Of a DNA stretch of 64,000 nucleotides, positions 28,850 through 37,889 are shown one piece after another. The translations under genes and the position numbers were made by a program. The notes beneath the pieces are model-generated. The model ran no database searches. It had not been told where the DNA came from and was given only the letters and a program-made list of their open reading frames with translations. The first letter of the stretch is position 1; each line of letters starts with the position of its first letter. Origin of the DNA: Gaiellales bacterium (GTDB taxonomy: Bacteria > Actinomycetota > Thermoleophilia > Gaiellales > JAICJC01); contig DASUHT010000019.1 in NCBI GenBank assembly GCA_036273335.1, positions 3,577 through 67,576 on the forward strand, written 5' to 3'.

Positions 28850-30777
28850 TCGCACGCGTGCAGCCGCTGGTCACCGCGAGAGCGGTCGACCGGCAGTTCG
28901 ATTACGTGGTCCCGTCCGAGCTCGACGTCAGCATCGTGCCCGGGTCCCGGGTGATGGTGGAGCTGGGGGCGCGCACCGTCGAGGGAGTGGTGACGGAGCT
29001 TCGCGAGGGGGCGGAGGACTCGCTGAAGCCGGTGCTCGAGGAGGTCGGGCGGATCCCGCCGGCGCTGCTCGCGCTGGCCACCTGGATTGCCGAGGACTGC
29101 GGGTCGACGCTTGCCCGGGCGCTCGCGCTGGTGATTCCCCCACCGCCGGCGAAGCGCGTCCTGCGCGCGGCGCCGCAGCCGCAGCCCTCGTCGCCGGTCG
29201 AGCTGACAGCGGCGCAGGACGCCGCCGTCTCGGCCTGCCTGGAGGTGCTGGACGGGGGAGGGGGGGACGTGCTGCTGCACGGGGTGACGGGATCCGGGAA
29301 GACCGAGGTCTACCTGCGCGTGATCGAGCGGGCGCTCGCGCTCGGCCGGGGAGCGATCGTGCTCGTCCCCGAGATCGCGCTCACCCCGCAGACGGCCGAC
29401 CGTTTCCGGGCCCGCTTCGGGGGCACGGTGGCGGTGCTCCACTCCGGTCTGACGCCGGCGCGGCGGGGGGACGAGCACCGGCGGATCGCCGCCGGCGAGG
29501 CGCGGGTGGTGGTGGGGGCGCGCTCGGCGATCTTCGCGGCCGTTCCCGGGCTCGGCGTGATCGCCGTCGACGAGGAGCACGATGCGTCCTACAAGCACGA
29601 GTCCGACCCACGCTACGACGCCCGTCGGGTCGCCGCCAAGCGGGCGCGGCTGGAGGGGGCGGTGGCGGTGTTCGGCAGCGCCACCCCGCGGCCGGAGTCG
29701 TGGCAGGGGATTCCCCGCCGGGTCAGCCTGCCGGCCCGGGTCGGGGTCGGGCTGCCGCGGGTGGAGGTGGTCGATCTGCGCCGCGAGGAGTCCTACCCGC
29801 TCAGCCGGCCGCTGCTGGACGGCCTGGCGGCAATCGAGGACGGCGGCGGGCGGGCGATCCTGCTCCAGAACCTGCGCGGGGCGGCAGGGTCGCTGCACTG
29901 CCGGGCCTGCGGGCGTGGCTGGCGCTGCCCCCGCTGCGACGTCGCGCTGACGGTGCACGGGCGGCGTTTGCGCTGCCACCACTGCGGTCACGGCGAGCCG
30001 GTTCCCGCCGTCTGCCCGGATTGCGGCTCGGTCGACCTGACCCGGCTGGGCGCCGGCACGAGCGGGGTCGAGCAGGAGCTTCGCCGGCGCTTCCCCGGGC
30101 TGGAGACGATCCGGCTGGACGCCGACGTCGCCGCTGCGGCCGGTGAGCCCGAGCGCACGCTCGAGCACTTCCGCGACTCCCCGCGGGCGGTGCTCGTCGG
30201 CACCCAGCTGGTGGCCAAGGGCCACGACGTGCCGGGGGTGGTGCTGGCGGCGGTGCTGGAGGCGGACGTCGGGGTGGCGATGCCGGACTTCCGGGCCGAG
30301 GAGCGCACCTTCGCCCTGCTGACGCAGCTTGCCGGCCGTCCCGGCCGCCCCGGCGATCCCCCCGGGCGGGTGCTGATCCAGGCCTGGAACCCCGAGCTGC
30401 GGCCGGTGTCGCTGGCCGCCCGGCACGCAGTGCCGGAGTTCCTCGAGAGCGAGCTGGAGCGCCGCCGCGAGCTCGACTACCCGCCCTTCCGGCGGCTGGT
30501 GCGGCTGCTCCTGGCCGGGCCCGAGCAGCAGACCACGGACGGCGCCGCCCGCGCCCTGGCGGCCGCGGCGCGGCCCGCGCTCGAGGGCGATACCGTGCTG
30601 GGGCCGGCGCCGCTCCACCGCCTGCGCGACCGGGCGCGCGTCCATCTGCTGGTGAAGACGGCGCAGCCGCGACGGGCGGCGGCGGTGTTTCGGGGGCTTC
30701 TGCGCGACCTGAGCGCTGACCTTCGCCGGGCGGACGTGACCGCCGTCGTCGACGTCGATCCCCAGACCCTCACCTGA
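28846..30777 (+). CDS. priA: Primosomal protein N' (replication restart helicase PriA)
   Basis: Frame of ORF 28774..30777, from GTG 28846 (GTGA overlap with metK). Walker [17 protein letters not shown], and the Cys-rich zinc insert [20 protein letters not shown]...CHHCG...CPDCGS. Confidence 0.9.
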
Positions 30778-30781
30778 GGCG

Positions 30782-30815
30782 TGGAACAAAGGGGCCAGGC
30801 CCCCTTGTTCCACGA
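30782..30815. repeat. 34-bp hairpin element, copy 2 (identical to 5210..5243)
   Basis: Exact 34/34 match read from the sequence, starting 4 nt after the priA TGA. Confidence 0.85.
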
Positions 30816-30923
30816 CACAGATCGTTGACGCATTCGTGGCGCAGCGTGACGGGTGCGTAGCGGGGCCAGGCACCGAAGCAGCCGCGGCACCGATTCGTGA
30901 CCGATTCGCGTATCGTGCGCCGG

Positions 30924-31472
30924 ATGGCGCGCGGCCTCGTGATCGTCGACATCCAGAACGACTACTTCCCCGGCGGCGCGAATCCGCTCGAGGGGCCGGA
31001 GGCGGCGGCTGCCCAGGCCGCCCGGCTGCTCTCCCGCTTCCGCGAGAGCGGCGAGCCGCTGGTGCACGTGCAACACGTCTGGGACGCCCCCAATGCGTCG
31101 TTCATGGCGCCCGGCACGCGCGGCGTCGAGATCCACGAAGCGGTTGCGCCGCTGCCCGGCGAGACCGTGATCCGGAAGCATCACCCGAACAGCTTCCTGG
31201 GCACGGCGCTCGAGGAACACCTGCGCGAGGCCGGCGTCGACAGCCTGGTCGTCTGCGGGATGATGACGAGCATGTGCGTCGATGCCACAGTCCGCGCCGG
31301 CGCCGACCTGGGGTTCCCGGTGGTGGTGGCCCACGATGCCTGCGCGACCATGGCGCTCGAGTTCGGCGGCCGCACCATCCCCGCCGGCGACGTTCACGCG
31401 GCCTTCCTGGCGGCGCTCGGCGACTCCTACGCCGAGGTCGCCGACGCCGGCTCGCTGGCGGACGGCCACTAG
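30924..31472 (+). CDS. Isochorismatase-family cysteine hydrolase
   Basis: Frame of ORF 30897..31472. MARGLVIVDIQNDYFPGG, a lysine in the RKHHPNSF context, and VVCGMMTSMCVDAT (catalytic Cys). TATCGT at 30911-30916 lies 7 nt before ATG 30924; GTG 30897 is the alternative start. Confidence 0.82.
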   Translation: MARGLVIVDIQNDYFPGGANPLEGPEAAAAQAARLLSRFRESGEPLVHVQHVWDAPNASFMAPGTRGVEIHEAVAPLPGETVIRKHHPNSFLGTALEEHLREAGVDSLVVCGMMTSMCVDATVRAGADLGFPVVVAHDACATMALEFGGRTIPAGDVHAAFLAALGDSYAEVADAGSLADGH

Positions 31473-31475
31473 ACT
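31470..31475 (+). promoter_or_regulatory. Putative -10 box (TAGACT, includes the preceding stop codon) for leaderless def
   Basis: TAGACT lies 7 nt upstream of ATG 31483. Confidence 0.3.
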
Positions 31476-31482
31476 TCCAGAC

Positions 31483-32064
31483 ATGTCGGAGACCGAGGAG
31501 CAGGCCGTCCAGGCCGAGGAGGAAGAGACGGCGGCAGCCCGCCAGGAGCGGCGCCGCCACCACGCCACCGCGATCCGGCTCGTCCGCCAGTTTCCCGACC
31601 CGGCGCTGCGCACGCCGGCCCGTACGGTGGAGGACGTCGACGACGAGGTGCGGGAGTTGGCCGCGCGGATGGCCGAGATCATGGAGCAGGCGCACGGCGT
31701 TGGCCTCGCCGCGCCGCAGATCGGCGTACTCCGCCGGCTGCTGGTGTACCGGCTCTCCGCCGATGACGACCCCCGCATCATCGTCAACCCGACGATCAGC
31801 GACCTTTCGGAGGACAAGGACGTCGACAGCGAGGGCTGCCTTTCCCTGCTGGGCGGCGAGCTGCAGGTGCCGATCGAGCGCTCGCTGCGGCTGGTGATGA
31901 CCGGCCTGGATGGCGACGGGAAGCCGGTCCGGGTGGAGGCGGAGGGTCTCGAGGCGCGGGTGCTCCAGCACGAGGTCGACCACCTGAACGGCGTCCTCAT
32001 CCTCGATCGTGCCGCCAAGGAGGACCGCCGCGCCTTGATGCGCGAGCTGCGCCTGCGGGCCTGA
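31483..32064 (+). CDS. def: Peptide deformylase (with about 29-aa charged N-terminal extension)
   Basis: Frame of ORF 31282..32064, from ATG 31483. Contains the three Def motifs GVGLAAPQIG, EGCLS and HEVDHLNG. Confidence 0.92.
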   Translation: MSETEEQAVQAEEEETAAARQERRRHHATAIRLVRQFPDPALRTPARTVEDVDDEVRELAARMAEIMEQAHGVGLAAPQIGVLRRLLVYRLSADDDPRIIVNPTISDLSEDKDVDSEGCLSLLGGELQVPIERSLRLVMTGLDGDGKPVRVEAEGLEARVLQHEVDHLNGVLILDRAAKEDRRALMRELRLRA

Positions 32065-32066
32065 CC

Positions 32067-32945
32067 GTGGCCGGCGAGCAGACTGCGTTCTTCGGCACGT
32101 CCGCGTTCGCGGCAGACGTGCTCTCGGCGCTGCACGACCGCGGAGTCGCCATCTCCACCGTCGTCAGCCAGCCCGATCGCCGCTCCGGCCGCGGCCGGCG
32201 CATGCAGCCGCCGCCGGTGGCCGAGCGGGCAGGCGAGCTCGGTCTGCCGCTCGTGCAGACGGCGGCTGCCAGCAGCACGGTGCCGCAGGCCGCGGCCGGC
32301 GTCGTCGTCGCGTTCGGCCAGATCATCGGGCCGCCGCTCCTGGGCGCCTACCCGCTCTACAACCTGCACCCGTCCCTGCTCCCGCGCTGGCGTGGGGCGG
32401 CACCGGTCGAGCGGGCGATCATGGCCGGCGACGCCGAGACGGGGGTCACCGTGATCGACCTGGTGGCGGAGCTCGACGCCGGCCCCATACACGGGGCGAC
32501 GGCGTTCCCGATCGGGGAGCGGGACGACGCGGGCGCGGTGCGGCGGTACGCCCTCGAGGCCGGTGTGCCGCTGCTCCTGGACGCACTTGCCGGCCGCACG
32601 ACCCCGCTTCCCCAGCCTGACACGGGTGTCACCTATGCCCACAAGCTGACCCCGGACGACCGCGACCTCGACTGGCAGCGGCCGGCCGCCGAGCTCGACC
32701 GCCGGGTCCGGGCGCTCTCGCCCCGCATCGGCGCTCGGACAGCCCTCGACGGCTCGCCGGTCGTGGTCTGGCAGGCGTCGCCCGAGCACTCCGGGCCCGG
32801 CCCCGGCGAGGTCGAGGACGGCCTCCTCGTGGGTGCCGGGGACGGGGCGCTTCGCATCGAGCGGATCCAGCCGGCGGGCCGGCGGGCGATGTCGGCCGCC
32901 GAGTACCTGCGGGGCCTGCGCACTCCACCGCGGCGCGCCGGCTGA
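32067..32945 (+). CDS. fmt: Methionyl-tRNA formyltransferase
   Basis: ORF 32067..32945. NLHPSLLPRWRGAAPVERAI formyltransferase motif and def-fmt synteny. Confidence 0.9.
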   Translation: MAGEQTAFFGTSAFAADVLSALHDRGVAISTVVSQPDRRSGRGRRMQPPPVAERAGELGLPLVQTAAASSTVPQAAAGVVVAFGQIIGPPLLGAYPLYNLHPSLLPRWRGAAPVERAIMAGDAETGVTVIDLVAELDAGPIHGATAFPIGERDDAGAVRRYALEAGVPLLLDALAGRTTPLPQPDTGVTYAHKLTPDDRDLDWQRPAAELDRRVRALSPRIGARTALDGSPVVVWQASPEHSGPGPGEVEDGLLVGAGDGALRIERIQPAGRRAMSAAEYLRGLRTPPRRAG

Positions 32946-32956
32946 ACGGCGGCCGG

Positions 32957-32962
32957 TACAGT
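32957..32962 (+). promoter_or_regulatory. Putative -10 box (TACAGT) for the leaderless rpe-rib operon
   Basis: TACAGT lies 6 nt upstream of GTG 32969. The fmt-rpe spacer is 23 nt. Confidence 0.35.
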
Positions 32963-32968
32963 GCGCCG

Positions 32969-33667
32969 GTGGCGTCCTGGCCGACCACCATCGAGGTTGC
33001 GCCGTCGATCCTGTCGGCGGACTTTGGCCGCATGCGTGAACAGGTCGAGGAGGTGCTCGACGCCGGCGCCCGGGTGATCCACATCGACGTCATGGACGGC
33101 CACTTCGTCCCGGTGATCACATTCGGGCCGAAGATGGTGGCGGATATCGCCGAGAGCATCCACGGGCGAGGCGGGTTCGCCGACGTCCATCTGATGATCG
33201 ATCAGCCGGAACGCCACCTGGAACAGTTCGCGGCGGCCGGCGCAGACAGCATCACCGTGCACGTCGAGACCTGCCCTCACCTGCACCACACGTTGCAGCA
33301 GATCCACGATCTGGGCTGCCGGGCGGGGGTGACGCTGAACCCGGCGACACCCGTGTCGGCGCTCGACGAGGCCGCCCGATACGCCGACGTGCTGCTCTGC
33401 ATGAGCGTCAATCCCGGCTGGGGCGGACAGGAGTTCATCGCGGCGAGCCTCGACCGGCTGCCGGAGATGCGCCGGCTTGCATCTGCCCGCGAGGGGATCG
33501 CCGTGGAGGTGGACGGGGGCGTCCACCGCGCGACGATCGCGGATGTCTACCGGGCCGGCGCGAACATCTGCGTCGCCGGCTCGGGCATCTTCGACGGCGG
33601 CGAGCCGGCCGCGGCCTACCGGGAGCTGACCGAGATCGTCGCCGGCGCCGGCGCCGCCGCCTGGTAA
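32969..33667 (+). CDS. rpe: Ribulose-phosphate 3-epimerase
   Basis: ORF 32969..33667 with APSILSADF, HIDVMDGHFVP and MSVNPGWGGQ. Confidence 0.93.
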   Translation: MASWPTTIEVAPSILSADFGRMREQVEEVLDAGARVIHIDVMDGHFVPVITFGPKMVADIAESIHGRGGFADVHLMIDQPERHLEQFAAAGADSITVHVETCPHLHHTLQQIHDLGCRAGVTLNPATPVSALDEAARYADVLLCMSVNPGWGGQEFIAASLDRLPEMRRLASAREGIAVEVDGGVHRATIADVYRAGANICVAGSGIFDGGEPAAAYRELTEIVAGAGAAAW

Positions 33668-33670
33668 GCG

Positions 33671-34681
33671 ATGGACGCGGCCGACCGGGGCCATCTCGAG
33701 CGCACGTTCGAGCTGGCGGAACGGGGCCGGCGGACGGTCGGCAGGAACCCCGTCGTCGGCGCCGTCATCGTCCGCGGCGGGCGCATGGTCGGCGAGGGCT
33801 GGCACGGGCGGCCGGGCGAACGGCACGCCGAGGTCGCCGCTCTTGCCGCCGCCACCGAGGACGTTCGCGGCGCGACGATGTACGTCAGCCTCGAGCCCTG
33901 CTCGCACCACGGCCGCACGCCGCCCTGCGCCGACGCGCTGATCGCGGCCGGGATCGGCCGGGTGGTGGCCGCAATGACCGACCCGACGCCGCGGGTGCAG
34001 GGCGCCGGGTTCGCGCGGCTCCGCGACGCCGGCGTCGAGGTGGAGGTGGCGACGGGGGCGCTGGAGCGGCGCGCCCGCCGGCTGGTCGCCGAATGGCTCA
34101 CCCTGGAGTTGCGCGGACGCGCCCACGTCACGTACAAGGCGGCCGTCAGCGCCGATGGCCGCACCGCCGCCGCCGCAGGCCGGCAGACCTGGATCTCCTC
34201 CCCCGCCAGCCGAGCGCTCGTCCACGAGATGCGGGCGGCGGCCGGGGCGGTTGGGGTGGGCATCGGCACCGTGCTCGCCGACGACCCGCTGCTGACCGCC
34301 CGCGACTGCCACCCACCGGCGGAGCGCCAGCCGCTGCGAGTAGTCTTCGACCGCCATGGCCGGCTCCCGGCGGAGTCGCAGCTGGCACGCTCGGCGGCCC
34401 CCGACCAGCCGGTCGAGGTGTTCGCCGGCGACCTCTCCGAGGCGCTTCGCGAGCTCGGCCGGCGGGGGATCGCCTCCTTCCTGCTCGAGGGAGGGGCGAC
34501 GATCGCCACCGCCTTCCTGGATGCCGGCCTCATCGATCGGGTCGCGATCTTCCACGCGCCGGTCCGGCTGGGCGACGGCGGCCCGGGGCTGTTCACCCGC
34601 GAGGTGACATTGCCCGAGCCGTGGACGAGCCGCCGGGTCGGCGTCGATATGCTGACGATCAGCGAGCTCACCCAGGAGTAG
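33671..34681 (+). CDS. ribD: Bifunctional riboflavin biosynthesis deaminase/reductase
   Basis: ORF 33671..34681. Zinc deaminase motif HAEV...PCSHHGRTPPC plus a C-terminal RibD reductase domain. Confidence 0.92.
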   Translation: MDAADRGHLERTFELAERGRRTVGRNPVVGAVIVRGGRMVGEGWHGRPGERHAEVAALAAATEDVRGATMYVSLEPCSHHGRTPPCADALIAAGIGRVVAAMTDPTPRVQGAGFARLRDAGVEVEVATGALERRARRLVAEWLTLELRGRAHVTYKAAVSADGRTAAAAGRQTWISSPASRALVHEMRAAAGAVGVGIGTVLADDPLLTARDCHPPAERQPLRVVFDRHGRLPAESQLARSAAPDQPVEVFAGDLSEALRELGRRGIASFLLEGGATIATAFLDAGLIDRVAIFHAPVRLGDGGPGLFTREVTLPEPWTSRRVGVDMLTISELTQE

Positions 34682-34684
34682 CAG

Positions 34685-35269
34685 GTGTTCACGGGGATCG
34701 TGGTCGAGATGGGGACGGTGCGCGAGCCGCCGCCGCGGCTTCGCGTCGCGGCGCCCGGGGTGGCCGGGACTGCGGCGGTCGGCGACTCGATCGCGATCGA
34801 GGGCTGCTGCCTGACCGTTGTCGAGGTGGACCGCGGCGAGCTCGCTTTCGATGCGGTGCCGGAGACGCTTCGACTGACCACACTGGGCGACCTTCGGCCG
34901 GGCGATCGCGTCAACCTGGAGCCGGCCCTGCGGGCCGGCGACCGCATGGCCGGGCACTGGGTGCAGGGGCATGTCGACGGCGTCGGCACCGTCACCTCGA
35001 CGGGCGCCGACGGCGACGCGCTGGACGTGACATTCAACGCGCCGGCGGACGTGCTGGCAACGACCATCCTCAAGGGCTCGATCACCGTCGCCGGCGTCAG
35101 CCTGACCGTGACCGCGGTCGACGACGACGCGTTCTCGGTGACCCTGGTGCCGCACACGCGCGCCATCACGACACTGGGCAGTCTCGCCCCGGGGCGCCGG
35201 GTGAACCTGGAGGCGGACGTGCTCGGACGATACGTCCAGCGCCTGCTCGAGGGTAGGCTTCCCTCGTGA
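34685..35269 (+). CDS. ribE: Riboflavin synthase (alpha chain)
   Basis: ORF 34685..35269. MFTGIV..., duplicated lumazine-binding repeats (GDSIAIEGCCLTV / GSITVAGVSLTV). Confidence 0.92.
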   Translation: MFTGIVVEMGTVREPPPRLRVAAPGVAGTAAVGDSIAIEGCCLTVVEVDRGELAFDAVPETLRLTTLGDLRPGDRVNLEPALRAGDRMAGHWVQGHVDGVGTVTSTGADGDALDVTFNAPADVLATTILKGSITVAGVSLTVTAVDDDAFSVTLVPHTRAITTLGSLAPGRRVNLEADVLGRYVQRLLEGRLPS

Positions 35270-36540
35270 CCATGTCAGACCTCTGGTTCCACGACCAGTA
35301 TCCCGACCTGGAGGAGTCACCGTTCGCCAACATCGAGGAGGCGATCGCCGACATCCGGGAGGGCCGGATGGTGGTCGTGGTCGACTCCCCGGACCGGGAG
35401 AACGAGGGCGACCTGTGCATGGCGGCGCAGCACGTCACGCCCGACTCGATCAACTTCATGGCCCGCCACGGCCGCGGCCTGATCTGCCTGGCGCTGACGC
35501 CGGAGCGGATCGACGAGCTGGGGCTGGAGATGATGGCGCGGCACAACCAGACGCCGTTCGGCACGGCCTTCACCGTCGCCATCGAGGCCCGGGAGGGCGT
35601 CTCCACCGGCATCTCGGCCGCCGACCGAGCGCACACGATCCAGGTGGCGATCAACCCCGACAGCGTGCCCGGAGACCTCGTCCAGCCGGGCCACGTGTTC
35701 CCGCTGCGGGCGCGGCCGCACGGCGTGCTCGAGCGGCTCGGCCAGACCGAGGCGTCGGTCGACCTGGCCCGCCTGGCCGGCCTCCAGCCGGCAGGCGTGA
35801 TCTGCGAGGTGATGAACGAGGACGGCACGATGGCCCGCGTCCCCGACCTCATCCCGTACTGCCGGGAGCACGGGCTGAAGATGATCACGGTGGCCGACAT
35901 CGTCGCCCACCGTCACCGCACCGAGAAGCTCGTCGAGCGGATCGCGAGTGCCTGGATGCCGACCGAGTTCGGCGAGTTCGTGGCCCACGGCTACCGCTCC
36001 ATCATCGACGGGCAGCAGCACGTGGCGCTGGCCATAGGCGACGTCGACGGCGGCGAGGACGTTCTGGTCCGCGTCCACTCGGAGTGCCTGACCGGCGATG
36101 TCTTCCACTCGATGCGCTGCGACTGCGGCGAGCAGCTGCAACGGGCGCTCGCCCAGATCGCCGCCGAGGGGCGCGGCGTGCTGCTCTACCTGTCCCAGGA
36201 GGGTCGCGGCATCGGCCTGCTGAACAAGCTCCGGGCCTACGAGTTGCAGGAGCAGGGCATGGACACGGTCGACGCCAACCTGGCACTCGGCCTGCCCGTC
36301 GACTCGCGCGACTATGGCATCGGCTACCAGATCCTCTCTGACCTGGGCATCAGGTCGATGCGTGTGCTGACGAACAATCCTCGCAAGATCATGGGCCTCG
36401 AGGGCTACGGGCTGCGGATCACCGAGCAGGTGCCGATCGAGGCGGCGCCGAACCCGGTCAACGAGCGCTACCTGCGCACGAAGATCGAGCGGATGGGGCA
36501 CACCATCCGCCACCAGGGGTTCCGCGTGGACGAGCGATGA
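35266..36540 (+). CDS. ribBA: Bifunctional 3,4-dihydroxy-2-butanone-4-phosphate synthase / GTP cyclohydrolase II
   Basis: ORF 35266..36540. DRENEGDL (DHBPS) and RVHSECLTGDVFHSMRCDCG (GCHII zinc site). Confidence 0.94.
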   Translation: MTMSDLWFHDQYPDLEESPFANIEEAIADIREGRMVVVVDSPDRENEGDLCMAAQHVTPDSINFMARHGRGLICLALTPERIDELGLEMMARHNQTPFGTAFTVAIEAREGVSTGISAADRAHTIQVAINPDSVPGDLVQPGHVFPLRARPHGVLERLGQTEASVDLARLAGLQPAGVICEVMNEDGTMARVPDLIPYCREHGLKMITVADIVAHRHRTEKLVERIASAWMPTEFGEFVAHGYRSIIDGQQHVALAIGDVDGGEDVLVRVHSECLTGDVFHSMRCDCGEQLQRALAQIAAEGRGVLLYLSQEGRGIGLLNKLRAYELQEQGMDTVDANLALGLPVDSRDYGIGYQILSDLGIRSMRVLTNNPRKIMGLEGYGLRITEQVPIEAAPNPVNERYLRTKIERMGHTIRHQGFRVDER

Positions 36541-37046
36541 GCGAGGCGGGGACCGGCGAGCTTCGGATCCCGGCGGGCTGCGCGACCCTGGCGTCCCAGC
36601 CGCCGCGCGGGGCCGTCGCCATCGCCGCCTCCCGCTTCAATGCCGACGTCGTCCAGCGCCTGCTGGACGGCGCCGTCGCCCGCCTGGAGGAACTGGGGAC
36701 GGGCCGTGATCAGGTGACGGTCGCGCTGGTGCCGGGCGCCTGGGAGCTGCCGCTGGCCTGCAGCCGTCTGGCCGCCTCCGGCCGCTACCAGGCGCTGGTC
36801 GGCCTGGGCTGCGTTGTCCGCGGCGGCACGCCGCACTTCCAGTACGTGTGCAGTGAGACTGCCCGGGGGATCGCCCGCGTGTCGCTCGACTCGGGCGTCC
36901 CGATCGGGTTCGGCGTGCTCACCTGCGACACCCACGAGCAGGCGCTCGAGCGCTCCGGCGGCCGGCACGGGAACAAGGGCGCAGAAGCGGTGGACGCCGC
37001 GCTGGAGATGGCCGGCCTGCTGGCGGCGGTCCCCGGCGCCGGCTGA
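36537..37046 (+). CDS. ribH: 6,7-dimethyl-8-ribityllumazine synthase
   Basis: ORF 36537..37046. VPGAWELP, GCVVRGGTPHFQYV, and NKGAEA at the C-terminus. Confidence 0.92.
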   Translation: MSEAGTGELRIPAGCATLASQPPRGAVAIAASRFNADVVQRLLDGAVARLEELGTGRDQVTVALVPGAWELPLACSRLAASGRYQALVGLGCVVRGGTPHFQYVCSETARGIARVSLDSGVPIGFGVLTCDTHEQALERSGGRHGNKGAEAVDAALEMAGLLAAVPGAG

Positions 37047-37889
37047 GTGCGGCTGCTGGTCACCGGCGGCTCGGGCTACCTCGGTAGCGAGCTGGTCCGC
37101 CAGGCTGCCGGCGGCGGCTGGCAGGTTACCGGCACGTCACTGACCGCCGTCGGCGGCCTTCGCCTGGACGTCCGCGATGCCGCCGCAGTCCGACATGCGG
37201 TGACGACCGTGTGCCCGGACGCGATCGTCCACACCGCCTACCGGCAGGCCGGCGAGGGGGCGTGGGAGACGACGGTGGACGGCAGCGCCAACGTCGCCCG
37301 GACGGCCGCCGACGCCGGGGTGCGGCTGCTCCACCTGTCGACCGACGTCGTCTTCGACGGGCGGCTGGGACGGCCGTACCGCGAGGACGACCCGCCGACC
37401 CCGGTCACCGAGTATGGCCGCGCCAAGGCCCGGGCGGAGGCGGTGGTGGCGGCTTCCGGCGGGGAGTCGCTGATCGTGCGGACATCGCTGATCGTCGCCG
37501 GCGCCGAGCCGAGCCGTCACGAGCAGACGGCGCTGGACGTCGCCGAGGGGCGGTCGCGGATGGCGTTCTACACGGACGAGATTCGCTGTCCGATCGCAGT
37601 CGCCGACCTGGCCGGAGCGCTCCTCCAGCTCGCCCCGGGCGCGGCCACCGGCCTCCTCCACGTCGCCGGCGCCGACGCCGTCTCGCGGCACGAGCTGGCG
37701 GTGCTCGTCACCGGCCGGCGCGACCTGGCCGGCTCGCGCAGCGCCGACCGGCCCGACCCGCGGCCGCTCGACTGCCGGCTCGACTGCCGCAGGGCGGCCG
37801 GCCTGCTCGATCGGATGCCGCGCGGGGTGCGCGAGCTCTACGGCGCCAGCCGCTCGACCAGCCAGCCGTCGACGCGGTCACGACGGTAG
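37047..37889 (+). CDS. NAD(P)-dependent SDR, RmlD-like (dTDP-4-dehydrorhamnose reductase family)
   Basis: ORF 37047..37889. MRLLVTGGSGYLGSELV Rossmann motif and YGRAKARAE (YxxxK). The start abuts the ribH stop. The 3' end overlaps the pdxH 3' end by 52 nt. Confidence 0.75.
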   Translation: MRLLVTGGSGYLGSELVRQAAGGGWQVTGTSLTAVGGLRLDVRDAAAVRHAVTTVCPDAIVHTAYRQAGEGAWETTVDGSANVARTAADAGVRLLHLSTDVVFDGRLGRPYREDDPPTPVTEYGRAKARAEAVVAASGGESLIVRTSLIVAGAEPSRHEQTALDVAEGRSRMAFYTDEIRCPIAVADLAGALLQLAPGAATGLLHVAGADAVSRHELAVLVTGRRDLAGSRSADRPDPRPLDCRLDCRRAAGLLDRMPRGVRELYGASRSTSQPSTRSRR

